DNA of 64,000 nt from Phoronis australis (Eukaryota > Animalia > Phoronida), in assembly GCA_002633005.1 (NCBI GenBank), contig NMRA01000128.1, positions 669,482 through 733,481 on the forward strand, given 5' to 3'. Of the stretch, positions 24,697-36,900 are shown one piece after another. Every line of letters begins with the position of its first letter. Position 1 is the stretch's first letter. The notes under the pieces were generated by a model that searched no databases, was not told the DNA's origin, and saw only the letters and a program-made list of their open reading frames with translations. Both the position numbers and the translations under genes were made by a program.

Positions 24697-26042
24697 GTTT
24701 GCATCATTCATTTTTGAAAAATGATAACGTATATAAGTTCAGATAAAGGTCGATTTCAGTCCTCGTAATTTCTATTTCAAATCTTATTTCCATAGACATT
24801 TTAATACTATGTCTATGCTTATTTCATTGTATTTTTTCCACGACTATCACCAGTTTTCAAAAAATACTATAAATCCCAGCAAGAGCCGCGATGCGTTTTT
24901 TCGCACAAGACTTTACCACTCAAATGTTTCACATACAGGCACTTAAGCTCCGCATTTAGGCACACGAAGATGCTTTGCGTTATGAGTTGAATCTTTAGAA
25001 TTCTTTTTATAGGAGTTAAGTCTGACTTTGATTGACATAGCTTTTTGCAACATTTTTGTTACAACAAACGCTACTTTGCAAGAACTCCAGCCGTCACGAT
25101 CATACTTGTCGGCCGGGAATGCGCGTGTAAATGTCAAGACAGATTCCTCTTTTGAATCGAAAAAGACGACTTACGGTCAACCATCTCGCGCAAATGAACG
25201 GGCATGTTACCGGAGCCAAGAACAAGTGACGAGTGTGGTGACCAGTTAATGGATACTAAACCCGGGTTTGACATATTAACGGATATTAAAAAAGACTTTC
25301 CCATCCAATTTTCTGAAACAAAATAATACTCTGTAACCCTTTACAATCCTCACAAGTATGGCCGAACATTTGAAAACTCCTTTGGTAGTCTGCTAAACGA
25401 TCAAGCGTGACCTACGCTCTTGTAAGTAATGTTGTGAAATGGTTCACAAGTGAGCAAAAATTAGCTACGGCAATCGATCTGAACACAGGCATTTCGCAAA
25501 AAAGAAACATTAATCGCATGTCAAACTTACGTTGATCATTACGAATTTAGATAATTACACGCCAACTGTAAGGAAAGATCACCAAGAAAGAACTATAATA
25601 TCCAATCTATAACATAGGGAGTATGAATTTTTAGTCAATTCCTGCTTCTATCTTTCAAGATTGACGCATTGATTCATTGTTAGGTGACAACGAGGATTGT
25701 TTGAAACTATCAAAAAAGGGTTTATTTTCCTTTTAAGCAAAGTCACTTGTATATACCAGTATTTAGCTTCATTTTATGTTAAATTTCCCTTTGTATCGTT
25801 TTTCACTGTTCAAATAAAATTTTAAAAGTGTTGGATGTAATGTGTGTGCGTGTATTTGCCTTTGAGTGTTTCAAGTTGACAGAGCTTCATGGGAGACTAG
25901 TATGCTTATTTTATTACTTGTGCCACAAAATGACTGCATGGAATATCCTTGTTTAACAGAATAATGGTTCATTGCTTTACACACCTCTTTGATACTGCAT
26001 TTCCCTTTATGCTAACAACTCACAACAGACACTGATGTTGAA

Positions 26043-27588
26043 TCATTTTTTGACACTCTTTTTATCTCTTGCAGAATCTTCTGTAGACTTCCTCTTCTTT
26101 CCATCACCACCATTACTATCTAAGATACTGGAATCTAACTGTTGGGCAGTGTACCATGTCCACAGAGCCAGCTCAACTTTGTGAGCAGTCCATTCATTCG
26201 ACTTACAAGCCTTATTCAACCTACCAACGCAGCTCAATACTTGCTCAGCATAAAGCTCAAAGAAGCTCAGCTTATAATCTAAAGGTTGAATCCCTGGGAT
26301 AGCTAGCATTGACTCATCTGCCATGAATGGCACAAGGTCTGGTGAACCTGCAGCCAAAACTGCTGAGGCTGTTGCTGGGCCAACGGCTTTCAACGTACTC
26401 AATGCAGTGATGGCTGCACTTCTTGACTTGGGTAATTTGGAAAACGCAGTTTTGCTTGCCTTAACAACATCATCTTCGCTGTTGGTTTGCACCAATTCTG
26501 TTAGGCGGGGTCGAAATTTTCCTCTCGTTAGCTTCCATTTCATAACCTTACACAGTTCTTCTTTTGTGATGTACTTTGCTGTAATAAAAGTACTGTAACA
26601 TTACTGATGGCACAAATCAGATTATGTACGGAGTGACTGCCTCTATATCATCGTCACCACAAGCCATGGATAAAGATTCCAGACAGTCGGAGCTATATGA
26701 CAATGGGACATAAAGTGACAAGATTCTCATGCAGAATTTAAATATATTATTTTTAAATACCCAGCTGCCAATTATTCTCTCTATGGGTTTTATTATTATT
26801 ATAGCATCTCACTGCAGCAAACAATACCTGGAATCTGGTTGTAAACAGTTAACGGTATTGCAAATGAAGGTCCAGTTTATGTCAACATTTTCTTCATCTT
26901 CCATTGCCAGATGAGTGCTTATTACATTAGTTTGAACAGGCTTACTTGTAGTAACAGCCAAGATTCACCGAAAGCACATCTGCAACATTTTGAACAGGCT
27001 TATAGATATAGTAACAGAAGCCAAAATATGAAGTGCATTATTGAGGAATCATTTCCCCACATTCACCGCAGGACATAGAAAATGTGAAAGTCAATAAACC
27101 CACCAGAACTGTCACTTGTTTGTCACTTTTCAGTGAAATGTAAATAAAATACAAATGCAAAACACCTGGCAGGCAAACAGATAGTGTTGTAAAACTCATT
27201 TCAGTGGCAGATTTAGAGCGGGGGGGGGGAGCAAGGGGGCTATGGCCCCCTAAAACTCTTCCAGATTCCATTTGGCAGTTCGGGGTGCGAATGTCTGACG
27301 CCTAACGGGCAAAATACTGGCTAATAGTAATACTCTGTGGATCTGGCACCCCGAACTAAAATTCCTGGATCCGCCCCTGCATTTACTGTACTTACGGGAG
27401 CGAGCTTGAATGACTCCTGGAAGTTCAGTTTGGAACCAGTTGTCCAGATCCAACAAATCTTTACCACCACGTGGCTTGGTTGAACTTTTTGTCATTTTTG
27501 ATGCTTTCAGTTTAAGTACAGCTTCATATTTTGAAAGTACTTTAGTCCACTGTTCGGCATTGTTCGAGACAAAAAGCTTTTGCGACAT
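26043..27588 (-). CDS. Amun-like protein with helix-hairpin-helix DNA-glycosylase-like domain, 242 aa; exons 27396-27588 and 26043-26578
   Basis: Spliced C|GTAAGT...TTACAG|CA (phase 1) gives LLDLDNWFQTELP...ARSPKYITKEELCKVMKWKLTRGKFRPRL...LSTLKAVGPATASAVL...PFMADE...WTAHKVELALW. These motifs match the Drosophila Amun family. C-terminal basic NLS-like KKRK. Confidence 0.85.
27202..27379. mobile_element. GC-rich MITE in the Amun-like intron, 5-bp TSD CATTT
   Basis: Ends cagtggcagattt / ggatccgcccctg; internal G-run; CATTT on both sides. Confidence 0.7.
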
Positions 27589-27949
27589 CTCTTCAAATGA
27601 ACTCACAAGAACAATTATTGTACTTCACAAAAATGCGTGGATAAACACTGACAATATAACTGGTAGCAAGGCAGCATAAATTGAGCAACCTCAGGCTTGT
27701 TTACATCTGAAATTTCCCGCCGAATTTTGTAATGCAAAGCTGTATTTGATTGACAAATTCATTTTGGTATGTCTTCCCCCTGGCCTCCGTTTCAATTAAA
27801 ACTATCTTCCAAGTATCAAAATTTGGAAATGATACCATTTATGGTTATTTTCAATATTAATTCATATTTATGATTGTATAACTGACGATTGTTTTTTGTC
27901 ATTCGAACCTACAGAGTTGAATGAGCGAGTAACTTTGTTTACATAAAAG
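27589..27949. promoter_or_regulatory. Probable bidirectional promoter between the Amun-like and UBR genes
   Basis: Divergent ATGs 361 bp apart. Two TGTTTACAT (forkhead-type) motifs at ~27698 and ~27936, an E2F-like TTTCCCGCC at ~27713, and YY1-type AAGATGGCG over the UBR start. Confidence 0.6.
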
Positions 27950-30900
27950 ATGGCGTCGACTTCTTCGGGAACGTTACCTATACAAGAGTTCAACTCCAAA
28001 GAAGTTAATAAGGCACGAATTGAAGAGTTTGGTATTTGAGTTAATCGAGTAGTTATAACACGTCTCGTCCTCTTATTTGGCAAAGCGTTGTTAGATTTCG
28101 CTTTTATGTGTAAGAAATTGGGAGGTTTCATTCAAAACATCTGTTTCATGTTTGTGACTTCGTTCATTCAATCAGTGCGTCATTGTCATTGAATGTTCCG
28201 CCTACAAGGGCCCAAGACTTTCTTAATGATCTTGTGAACTACCTCAACAAACAGACGCCAGAAGTCCTAAGGTAGCTGCTGGACAAGTACCTACGCAGCT
28301 TTTCCCCTATGACTATGGCCCTAGCCAATACTCGGGTCTTTTTGAAGAGAGCTGAAGATCCACTTGGTGAAATGGATATAAACGAAAAGAATGGGAGGAA
28401 AATTCTTATTCAGTGTGTTAATACTAACCAAACCAAATTCCCTTGACACGTTTAGAAAACTGCAGATAATCTTACCGGGTTATATTTTGCCTCTTTTTAC
28501 CTTCCTTTAACAACAACTAATTCAATTGTCTGCCATCTTTTACCCTAATGATGTCAGGTAGTTACTGGAATGCCAGCCAAGGAGCTCTGTGAAGGCTTTA
28601 TTCCATGGGAGGTTAAAAAATGTAAATGGCAGAGTGACAAGTGAAAAGTAAAAGGTTGAATCTTTGAGTGAAGAAGTTCTTTCGAAGTGCTTGATTTACA
28701 TGCAGATATATTTGCTGTATTATTTCTTAAGATAAATATGTTCATGCAATCGTAATTTTGATGCGAGTGGTTTAATGTTTTGTTGATGTGCTAGCAGTGA
28801 AAGGCATTCTGTTCGGTTAGGAACGTTGAATGCGCGACACAGTGTGAGAACACGGTCCAAGGATAATACTAGTCTGAAGGAGGATAATAGTTTTATTACA
28901 TACTCTTCTGCTGATACTACTGAGTCTGTTACAATCCATCTTAGCCTTGTCAGTAATTTTCATACCTCTAACAACGGTTTCTAATCTCAATACGTCATCA
29001 TTGTTACAATGGCCAAAAATTTTGTGCCATGTACACAGGTCATGCTCTCTGACTTTATTTGCTGTGTCAGAAGCCAATACATCCAAATAATCCAAATAAT
29101 ACAACTTTCCACGTTTTTCAATTTCGAATTCTGTCCCATCACGAGCAATTAATTTTGCATTTTCTGATTCAAAAATCACTGAAGCTCCATTAGCAACAGC
29201 AGCCTGGACAGAGAATATTTCCTGTGGATAGCTTGGTATGTACAAAACATTTGTCAATGTGGAACAGATGACATTGCCCTTACTGTCTATTAGCCTAATG
29301 TCAACATCACCACGTGCCTGTGCTATACCAGTTGTCCTAGTCCCATCTGCCAATTCTATGCAGTGACTAGACGGATCAAATTTCTCATCAAAACATTTAA
29401 ACTTGGACCTGTCTGTAACAATATGGGATGTTGCCCCAGTATCAACTAACAGTTTGTTTACTAACATCTGATCATGTTTAAACCTATCATCGCTAACCTT
29501 AAAACTGAAATCATTAAATCTACTTCCCTGCTGGTCTTTTTCCTCAGCTGCTTTGTGGGCTTTACNTTCAATTGTCGCTTTCAGATCTAGCGATTTCAAA
29601 TGTCCGAGAAACTTAATTTCCCACAGTTCATACCTTCTTTCATCTCCATCAAAACATAGCCGACTCAGTCTTCCTGAACCTCTACTCACGCTAGTGCTGG
29701 AACTGCTGGCCGTACTGGGCCCATAACCTGTTGATGTGCTAGCAGTGAAAGGCATTCTGTTCGGTTAGGAACGTTGAATGCGCGACACAGTGCGAGAACG
29801 CGGTCCAAGGATAATACTAGTCTGAAGGAGGATAATAGTTTTATTACATACTCTTCTGCTGATACTACTGAGTCTGTTACAATCCATGCGATCATACACT
29901 TTTATAGTGACATACATGAATCATAACAGGATATATACTGAACAAACATGTTTACTACAATTCCTCATGTTGGGGGTGTATTATGTAATGGTTAATTCTC
30001 TGAACTACTCCTACACGTGCACTCACTGGGATATGAGATCATACTCTAACATGTTTGATGTACGATTCGAGTGTGATGTGTATGTCACTTGATTCTACAC
30101 TTTTGCTGTGCGGACTTTCAACCCTATTTAAATTTAAGGGTTGGTTTACCGACTACCTCTCCCCTTTTCCAAGCCCAAAACACTTCTTTGTCCCATATTT
30201 TGCCATGCATCCACCCTAGTTTTTTTTTGGCATAAAGTTTACAATTGCCCGTTAGTGAACTGCTTATTCATGTGATATCCTTGAACAGACTGTGCTTTGG
30301 ACCAAAACTGCTGAAAGTGACATTGCACTGTGTTTCGAGCACTATTCCATAGACATCACTGACTAGTTTGTCATTGGTTTAAGTAACAAGTTATCAAATT
30401 CATGGGAACAATGGCACATAGCACTGACTACAGTGCATCGTTAGGCTCAACTCTTACCATTTGTGTGATTTTATTGCAGGAGTTCTCGGATGCCTATCAT
30501 AACGGACATTTGACATCCACCTTGTATGCTCACTGGAGCAAGTTTGTTCCTGGAGTGTACCTAGTACCCTGTCAGAATAGTTCAACGGAGGAGAAACGTG
30601 CAACCAAGCTCCTGTTTAAACCATTGGAGGTATGTAAACTCACTGTTATTGCACTGGTGTGTATTATTCTAGTTAATATTATTTTGAATTCTGTAGACTC
30701 ACCCAAAAGTGGGCATTTAGGCAAATTTTGTATAATTGCTTACTGACCCACATCTCATAACACAATGAGCTATCAGGGCTCGATTTGGTGACCTGCAAGT
30801 TGTCAAAGCGACGTCAGATTTTGTTTGGCGACCTGATGAAAATCACAACATCGCCGTGAACGCATCTGAGCACCCCCTCAAAATGCTATAGGAAGTGAAC

Positions 30901-33900
30901 AGATGGGAATCAGAATTGTTCATTAAAAAACGTAAGTGTTCGTTCATGACTCATGCACAAATAGTATGTCCTGGTTGTTTGCTTTTCCTTACGTAGATGA
31001 GCCTGGGCAGGATATTGGACTAGAGGGGGAAATTGTTACCAATCAGGCAATATATTCCTAATTTTCTGTTCGACTAGAATAAAACGCCTGGACAATGTGG
31101 TGTGTTTCGATGCACATGTGCTCAGTTCACCTGTTCTTTAATTCAGATATCCTTTTTTTATTTTTGAATTGCCAGCATGCTTCATTTGCACCCTCCACCA
31201 TACTTGTTTTCCTTGTTTTGGTGACCTTGTTTTACGTTTGACCACCTGGACATTTTCTAGGTCGCATTTGGTGAGTTGACGATATGTGTTGAGCCCTGAC
31301 GATGGTAGCTAAGAGCGGTGACAGTGGTACTGATCACATGATGTTGATGACAATTGCAACTAATTACCCATAAAAAAATGTCCCTTACTCTTTCCCTGTT
31401 CAGGTTCTGCTCTGTGACAGCAATGACCCGGACTATGTTCTGGAACACCTACGGGACAATGCCGACGCCCCTCAGTTGTGTGGTAAAGTGTTCAAGAAGG
31501 GGGAGCCGACCTACTCGTGTCGCGACTGTGGCGTTGACCCCACCTGTGTGCTCTGTAATAGTTGCTTTGGGAAGAGCATACACAAGAACCATAGATACAA
31601 GGTGAAATTCCCAATCAACGCTGTACTTGCTTTGCTCAATGAAACGTTTTCACCTCTTCTAGTTCTCTTGAAATACAACACAAGGTTTTATCAAAGACTA
31701 GGTGTAACAGCTGATCTCTTGATATATTCTACTTAGTCTGGTCATTGTGTCTGTGACCTACAAACTTTTGTTTAAAATGGAAATTGATTATCATCACATA
31801 GATTTCAGCATACAAATTGAGAGTATCATTCTTTTTTAGTTTAGAATTCTGAATGATATCACGTTGATTGTTTGAGACACTGAACGTCATATCTCAGAAA
31901 TGGAAGACCAGATTGAAATAAAATTTTCAGGTTCTATGCTTTTTGCACTGGTCTCCAGAAAGTTGTTGAGAAATGCTTTTGAAATCAGTGTTCCACTTTT
32001 GCTTGAGGTGCTGAGTTCGATACCTTATGTACACCAAGTATATTTAAAATAATGATGAGTATGGTTAAACAAAATTTGATGTACAAAGAACATACCCTGC
32101 ACTTTTTTGTCTGAAAAAGCTGCAGACAACAATGGTCTTTTTCAGCTTTCCTTTACTGAAACTTTCTCTCTCTAATTTTTTGACCAGACTATAGAGGTCA
32201 TTAGGTTTCAAATAGTCCTCAGTTTTATTTTTCTTGTTTTTATTGTACCAAAAGACTTTCATAGCTACTCAGTAATAATTCTCGAATCTGAGTATGTATT
32301 AAAGGACTCGAGTAGAGTTTGGTGTTGGACATTTTTCAAGTATTACTCAAGTGAGTACCGTTTGATGTAAGAATATCTGCATAATGTGTGTGTCTGACTG
32401 TAGTTTGGCTGTGAGGGTGTCTGGTCTATAGCATCGGTGGCCATGTTACAGACTAACAGAATTCTCTGGCAGCTTCCTTTTTGTTGTTTTTTTTTGATTT
32501 GTTGCCAGAAGTATTTATTGTATGAACTAAAGCAAATTTTTGTTTTTAACATCACTCGACTTGTAAAATGGTGTATTGTTTGGCCACAGATGAGCACTTC
32601 ATTCGGTGGTGGTTATTGTGACTGCGGGGACATAGAAGCGTGGAAAGACGGTCCCTTCTGTACTCTTCACAGGAAGTCAGAGGAAACAGAGCAGACGAGC
32701 AAGGTAGGGTTGGGTTACTGTGGTGGGAGGGTGGGCTGACATCTGGAGTGTCACTGTGTTACTGTGATATGAGGATGGGCTGACATCTGAAGTCTCTCAG
32801 GTTACTGTGATGTGAGAGTGTGTTGACGTTCGAGGCGTCTCAGTGTTATTGTGATGTGAAGGTGTGTTGACCTCTGAAGTCTCAGTGTTACTTTAGTGTG
32901 AGGGTGAGTTGACGCCGGGATGTGGGGGCGATTTGAAACAATATAGGTAGTTTGACCATGGAGCAGTCACCGATATTACTGTGTATAGCTGGGTCGTCAC
33001 GTATGTCTGCCACACAGTGCAATGTTCAGCTAATAAAAATATGTTTAATTGTTATTTTTACTTTATGGACTTGCAGAAGATAAAATTCTAACATTATGAA
33101 ATATTAATGTGACAAGTCAGCACAGTTCTAAACTAAATGTATTTCTAGTCTTTCTCAGTAAAAACGCATTAGTGTCTAACTTATGGTTTGAAGTGTGTTT
33201 GAATATTCTTAGAATTCAGTTCATTAAAATTACCCAGTTGGTCCACTTTCTGGTATATTAATAAAACAGCATCTATTTTGATTAACTTATCAGTCATTCC
33301 TCTGTGTTGCTGTCCCATCTTTGGAAAATGGCAGCAGCAAAGTGTATTCAAACCAAAAATTTCTGATGTGCTCTGAAGTCTACAAGAAGCCTAAATAATA
33401 AAGGCTTCCACCTCAAAATATGAAGCAAAAACATGGTTGCCAAAAATGGCGCTGCGTGGTTTAAAAGTAGACAACTGTGAAGCTTAACAAGCCCGTCCAG
33501 TGAGTTACGAGGGACCACCCCTACTGAGATATCATACCTTCAGTTTTTGATCTTTTCTATATGGGAAAAGTAATACTTGAAACTTACAATTAAATTTGAT
33601 GAAACCATGGTTTAATATTTTGACACAAAATTTTTTTTAAATTTAATGTGCTTGGTACTTGCTCTTTAAGGACCCGGTGGACTGCCTACCTGCAACTGTG
33701 CAGGGCCGTGCTATCGCAGTGTTCCACGCTATCACCCAGTACTGTGTCTCACTTTTGACATGGATGGAAAGTGATACCTTGCCAGGCGGACTTGAAATAC
33801 CCCCAGAGTCTGAGACATACTGCACGATGTTGTTCAACGACGAGGTGCACACGTACGACCAGGTAGGTGGCGCTGTAGTAACATGCTTAGAAATGTGATA

Positions 33901-36900
33901 TGGCTTCGGTATCTTCAATACAACTGGACGAGTCTGTGGTGTGTAGATTAAACTACTTAGAATGTCATGCATTAAAACATGGTGAAACAGAATCGAAGTT
34001 TTTACAGGAATACCAATGAATAACCAAACATGAGTTTCGCTCTGATGATGTTGATTGGGTGTTTCAGGTGATAACTGCACTGCAGCGAGCTGTCGACTGT
34101 AGCCAGAAAGAGGCTGTGGAATTTGCAACTGTTGTGGACAGAGAGGTATTAGCAAGTGACATGTGTTGTATTTGAGTAAAATTCATGCGGTTCATCCTTA
34201 AACATGGTTTATACCTCTGTTAACCCTTATGTATGTGACTTATAGGGTTCTCTTGATGGCTATTTGCAAAGTCCTTTTCTTCTTTTCCGTGAGTACTTTT
34301 TGGTTTGTATTTACACCTTATGGGGTTCAAGTTTGTTTGAGATAATACTGGCCATGAGATCTCTACACTCAATGCTGGAAAGTGGGCAACATTCAGGTTA
34401 ATCAGCAGCAGTAGAAGACGCAGAAATGCATGGTTTGAAAGTACTTTAAACCTGAGACTGTTTTGTGCTTGCAAGCAATTCAAGTTACCGCGTTCTCCCT
34501 TAGAAGTGCCCATGCCCCTGTAAGCACCCCCACCCGCGTTTTCAGACTTCGCTAAAACACACGCCCACCTCACGAACATGTACATACGAAAAATTGTTTA
34601 CCTACAGTACTAAAATTTTACAATAACGTCTTCAATTTGTCAACACGATCGGCAATACAAAAAATCATTGTGCACAAAATTTCAAGACCACCAGCATTGC
34701 AGTATTTAGCCATGGCTATACACTTAAAACTTCTGCCTTGTCTCAAAAAGAACGCAACAGTTTTGCTGATATTGCAAGGAACCTGTCCCATTATAATGGT
34801 CTGGCTTATCAGAACAGACACAGAGCGTACTTGTTAATGAGATTGAATTTTTCACGTACAGTTTCCAATTCTTCCCAAACAGGATTCCAAATTTCTTAGT
34901 ACACATGAAAACCGCGAATCGAAGATTGGTTCTAATTCAGTCTCACGAATAAAAACTTGTTAAAAACAAGTGGCCAGGAGGCGCGTGCTACATTCCAGTC
35001 AAAACAAATGTCGCATGACAACAAAATGATTGTTTTCCGAGGTGTTTGTCCAGAGATTTTTCTCGTGTTGCGGGTACAATCTTGCGCAGGTTTGGACTTA
35101 ACCTGTTGTTAATTCCGACTCCACAGGAACTAAAAAAACTTAGGGACACTTTGGAAAAATCAAGTGAGGATTTCAGGTAAATTTGTTGTCAGAGTTGAAA
35201 CTGTTACGTATTTTTATTCAAGTTGCCATATCGACAATCGTGGGGCAAGTTTTTGCCCTGGGATTTCAGCACATTTTTCTGTAAAATGATCGTAATTTAA
35301 CAATGACGTTTGATAGCAATGCTCCACACTTTTGTAGAAAGTCTCTCATAGGTTTCAGATACATCACAGAGCGCAAATTTGAAGAATCCTAGCTTCCGAT
35401 TTCACCTGTTTTCAGAGACAGTGTTTCATTTGCCTTGGGTCACAATATGCGCCCCCTCTCCTTGGAACGAATTTTTCTAAGCGCCCAGGCACTTATTAGG
35501 TGATATGTTTTATTTATGTATATGCAGTAGCTGGTTTTAAAAGTTCTTTGTCTTGTTGAATGACATTGGGATGGGGCACAATAATTGTGTGCCTGATGGT
35601 TGCAAGTGTACCTTGGAAGTTACGACTGTAACAATAAAATTGTGCGATTGTTACAAAAATGCACTTAATGTTGAATACTGCCATTAGTATTCAAAACCTT
35701 ACAGTCCATGTCTTTGTATTGAAGTTAGACTAAACAGAGTGTTAGTAGTATTGATAGTTATTGTGAGTCTTGACCTAAGCAAAAACTAAGTCTAAATTCA
35801 CATGATCTTACTGTGAGCTAAATTGTTGCTTATTCATTGCACAATAATTGTGTTGACAGGATTCACTGTACACTGTTTCAACGGTCAAGACGTAACAATG
35901 CACACATGTAGTAACACTAGCATTAATGAAATTCTAAATATTACGTAGTTTATTCTTGTCTCTGCAGGGCCGCAGTGCTGTGCTTGATGGTAACATCACC
36001 AAGTGTGAGAAGGCCTGTGCCAACATTGAACGGTCCACATCCGCGAGGGGCTCCAATCCGCTCAAGTGTCGTGTGATGAGGACAACAGTTGTCGCCCATC
36101 AGACTTTCGCTATGAGACTGTTTCCATGGATACAGAAAATAACTGGCTACTCAGGTGCTGTTTGCCAAAAGAGTACTTAAGTAGTGTATCTTTCAGAATT
36201 TATTTCAATGTGTCTAGTATTGTGAGCTTGTATAAGCTACTTGAACATTTTCATACTTTACAAACTAAAATTCTCTCGCGGTCCAAATTCTCTCATGTTT
36301 GTAGTGATTGTTCTTGTGTTATTTTTTCAACATTTTGTCCACTCAGCTACATCGGAACATTCTTTTTGGCATTTAGATTTTTTATTGGAAATTCATTGCC
36401 AATCAGTTTTAGTGAAATCATTTAATAAATTTTATTGAAACTAGGTACAGAGGTGTGTAGCGCGAATGTACCGGCACCAGTTGATTTTCAGACAAATGTG
36501 ACTACCATAACCTCTCATCTTGGTGCACTTTAGTTTTCTAAAAGATTTTCCTTGTCCATTGATTAATCGTAATGTCGTAATTGTTTTATACATTTCGGTG
36601 AAACTTTAAACCAGGGATTAGGGGTAGGATGTGCCAGCATCACTCCATTTTTGGATGGATTCTGGTATTAGGGCACCCGCTTTTAGTGGTTTTAGTTTTG
36701 GATTACATATTGCCCGTCAATTATTGTCAAAACAACTCTACAGATTTTTGCAAAACTTGATGAAAAGATGAATAGAAAGGTTATGCCGACACTGTCAATT
36801 TCTGCACAGATTTATATGCTGTATCGCCTCTGTTGGATAGGGTGGTTTTTATTTTTATTTTATTTTTTATTTCATTAATGTAATATTTACAATGAGGGTT

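Larger units (their letters stand above)
21960..25520 (+). repeat. Dispersed ~100-bp direct repeat pair (21960-22065 and 25420-25520)
   Basis: tgtaagta.tgttgtgaa.tggttcac.agtgag.aaaaattagctacggcaatcgat.tga..acaggcattt shared at both sites. Confidence 0.7.

Noticed and set aside
33643-34155. 170-aa antisense ORF and similar antisense ORFs over UBR and Amun exons
   Set aside because: Shadows of real exons on the opposite strand; no recognisable domains.
34220-35500. piggyBac- or Sola-like element ends
   Set aside because: No matching partner TIR or TSD found by eye.
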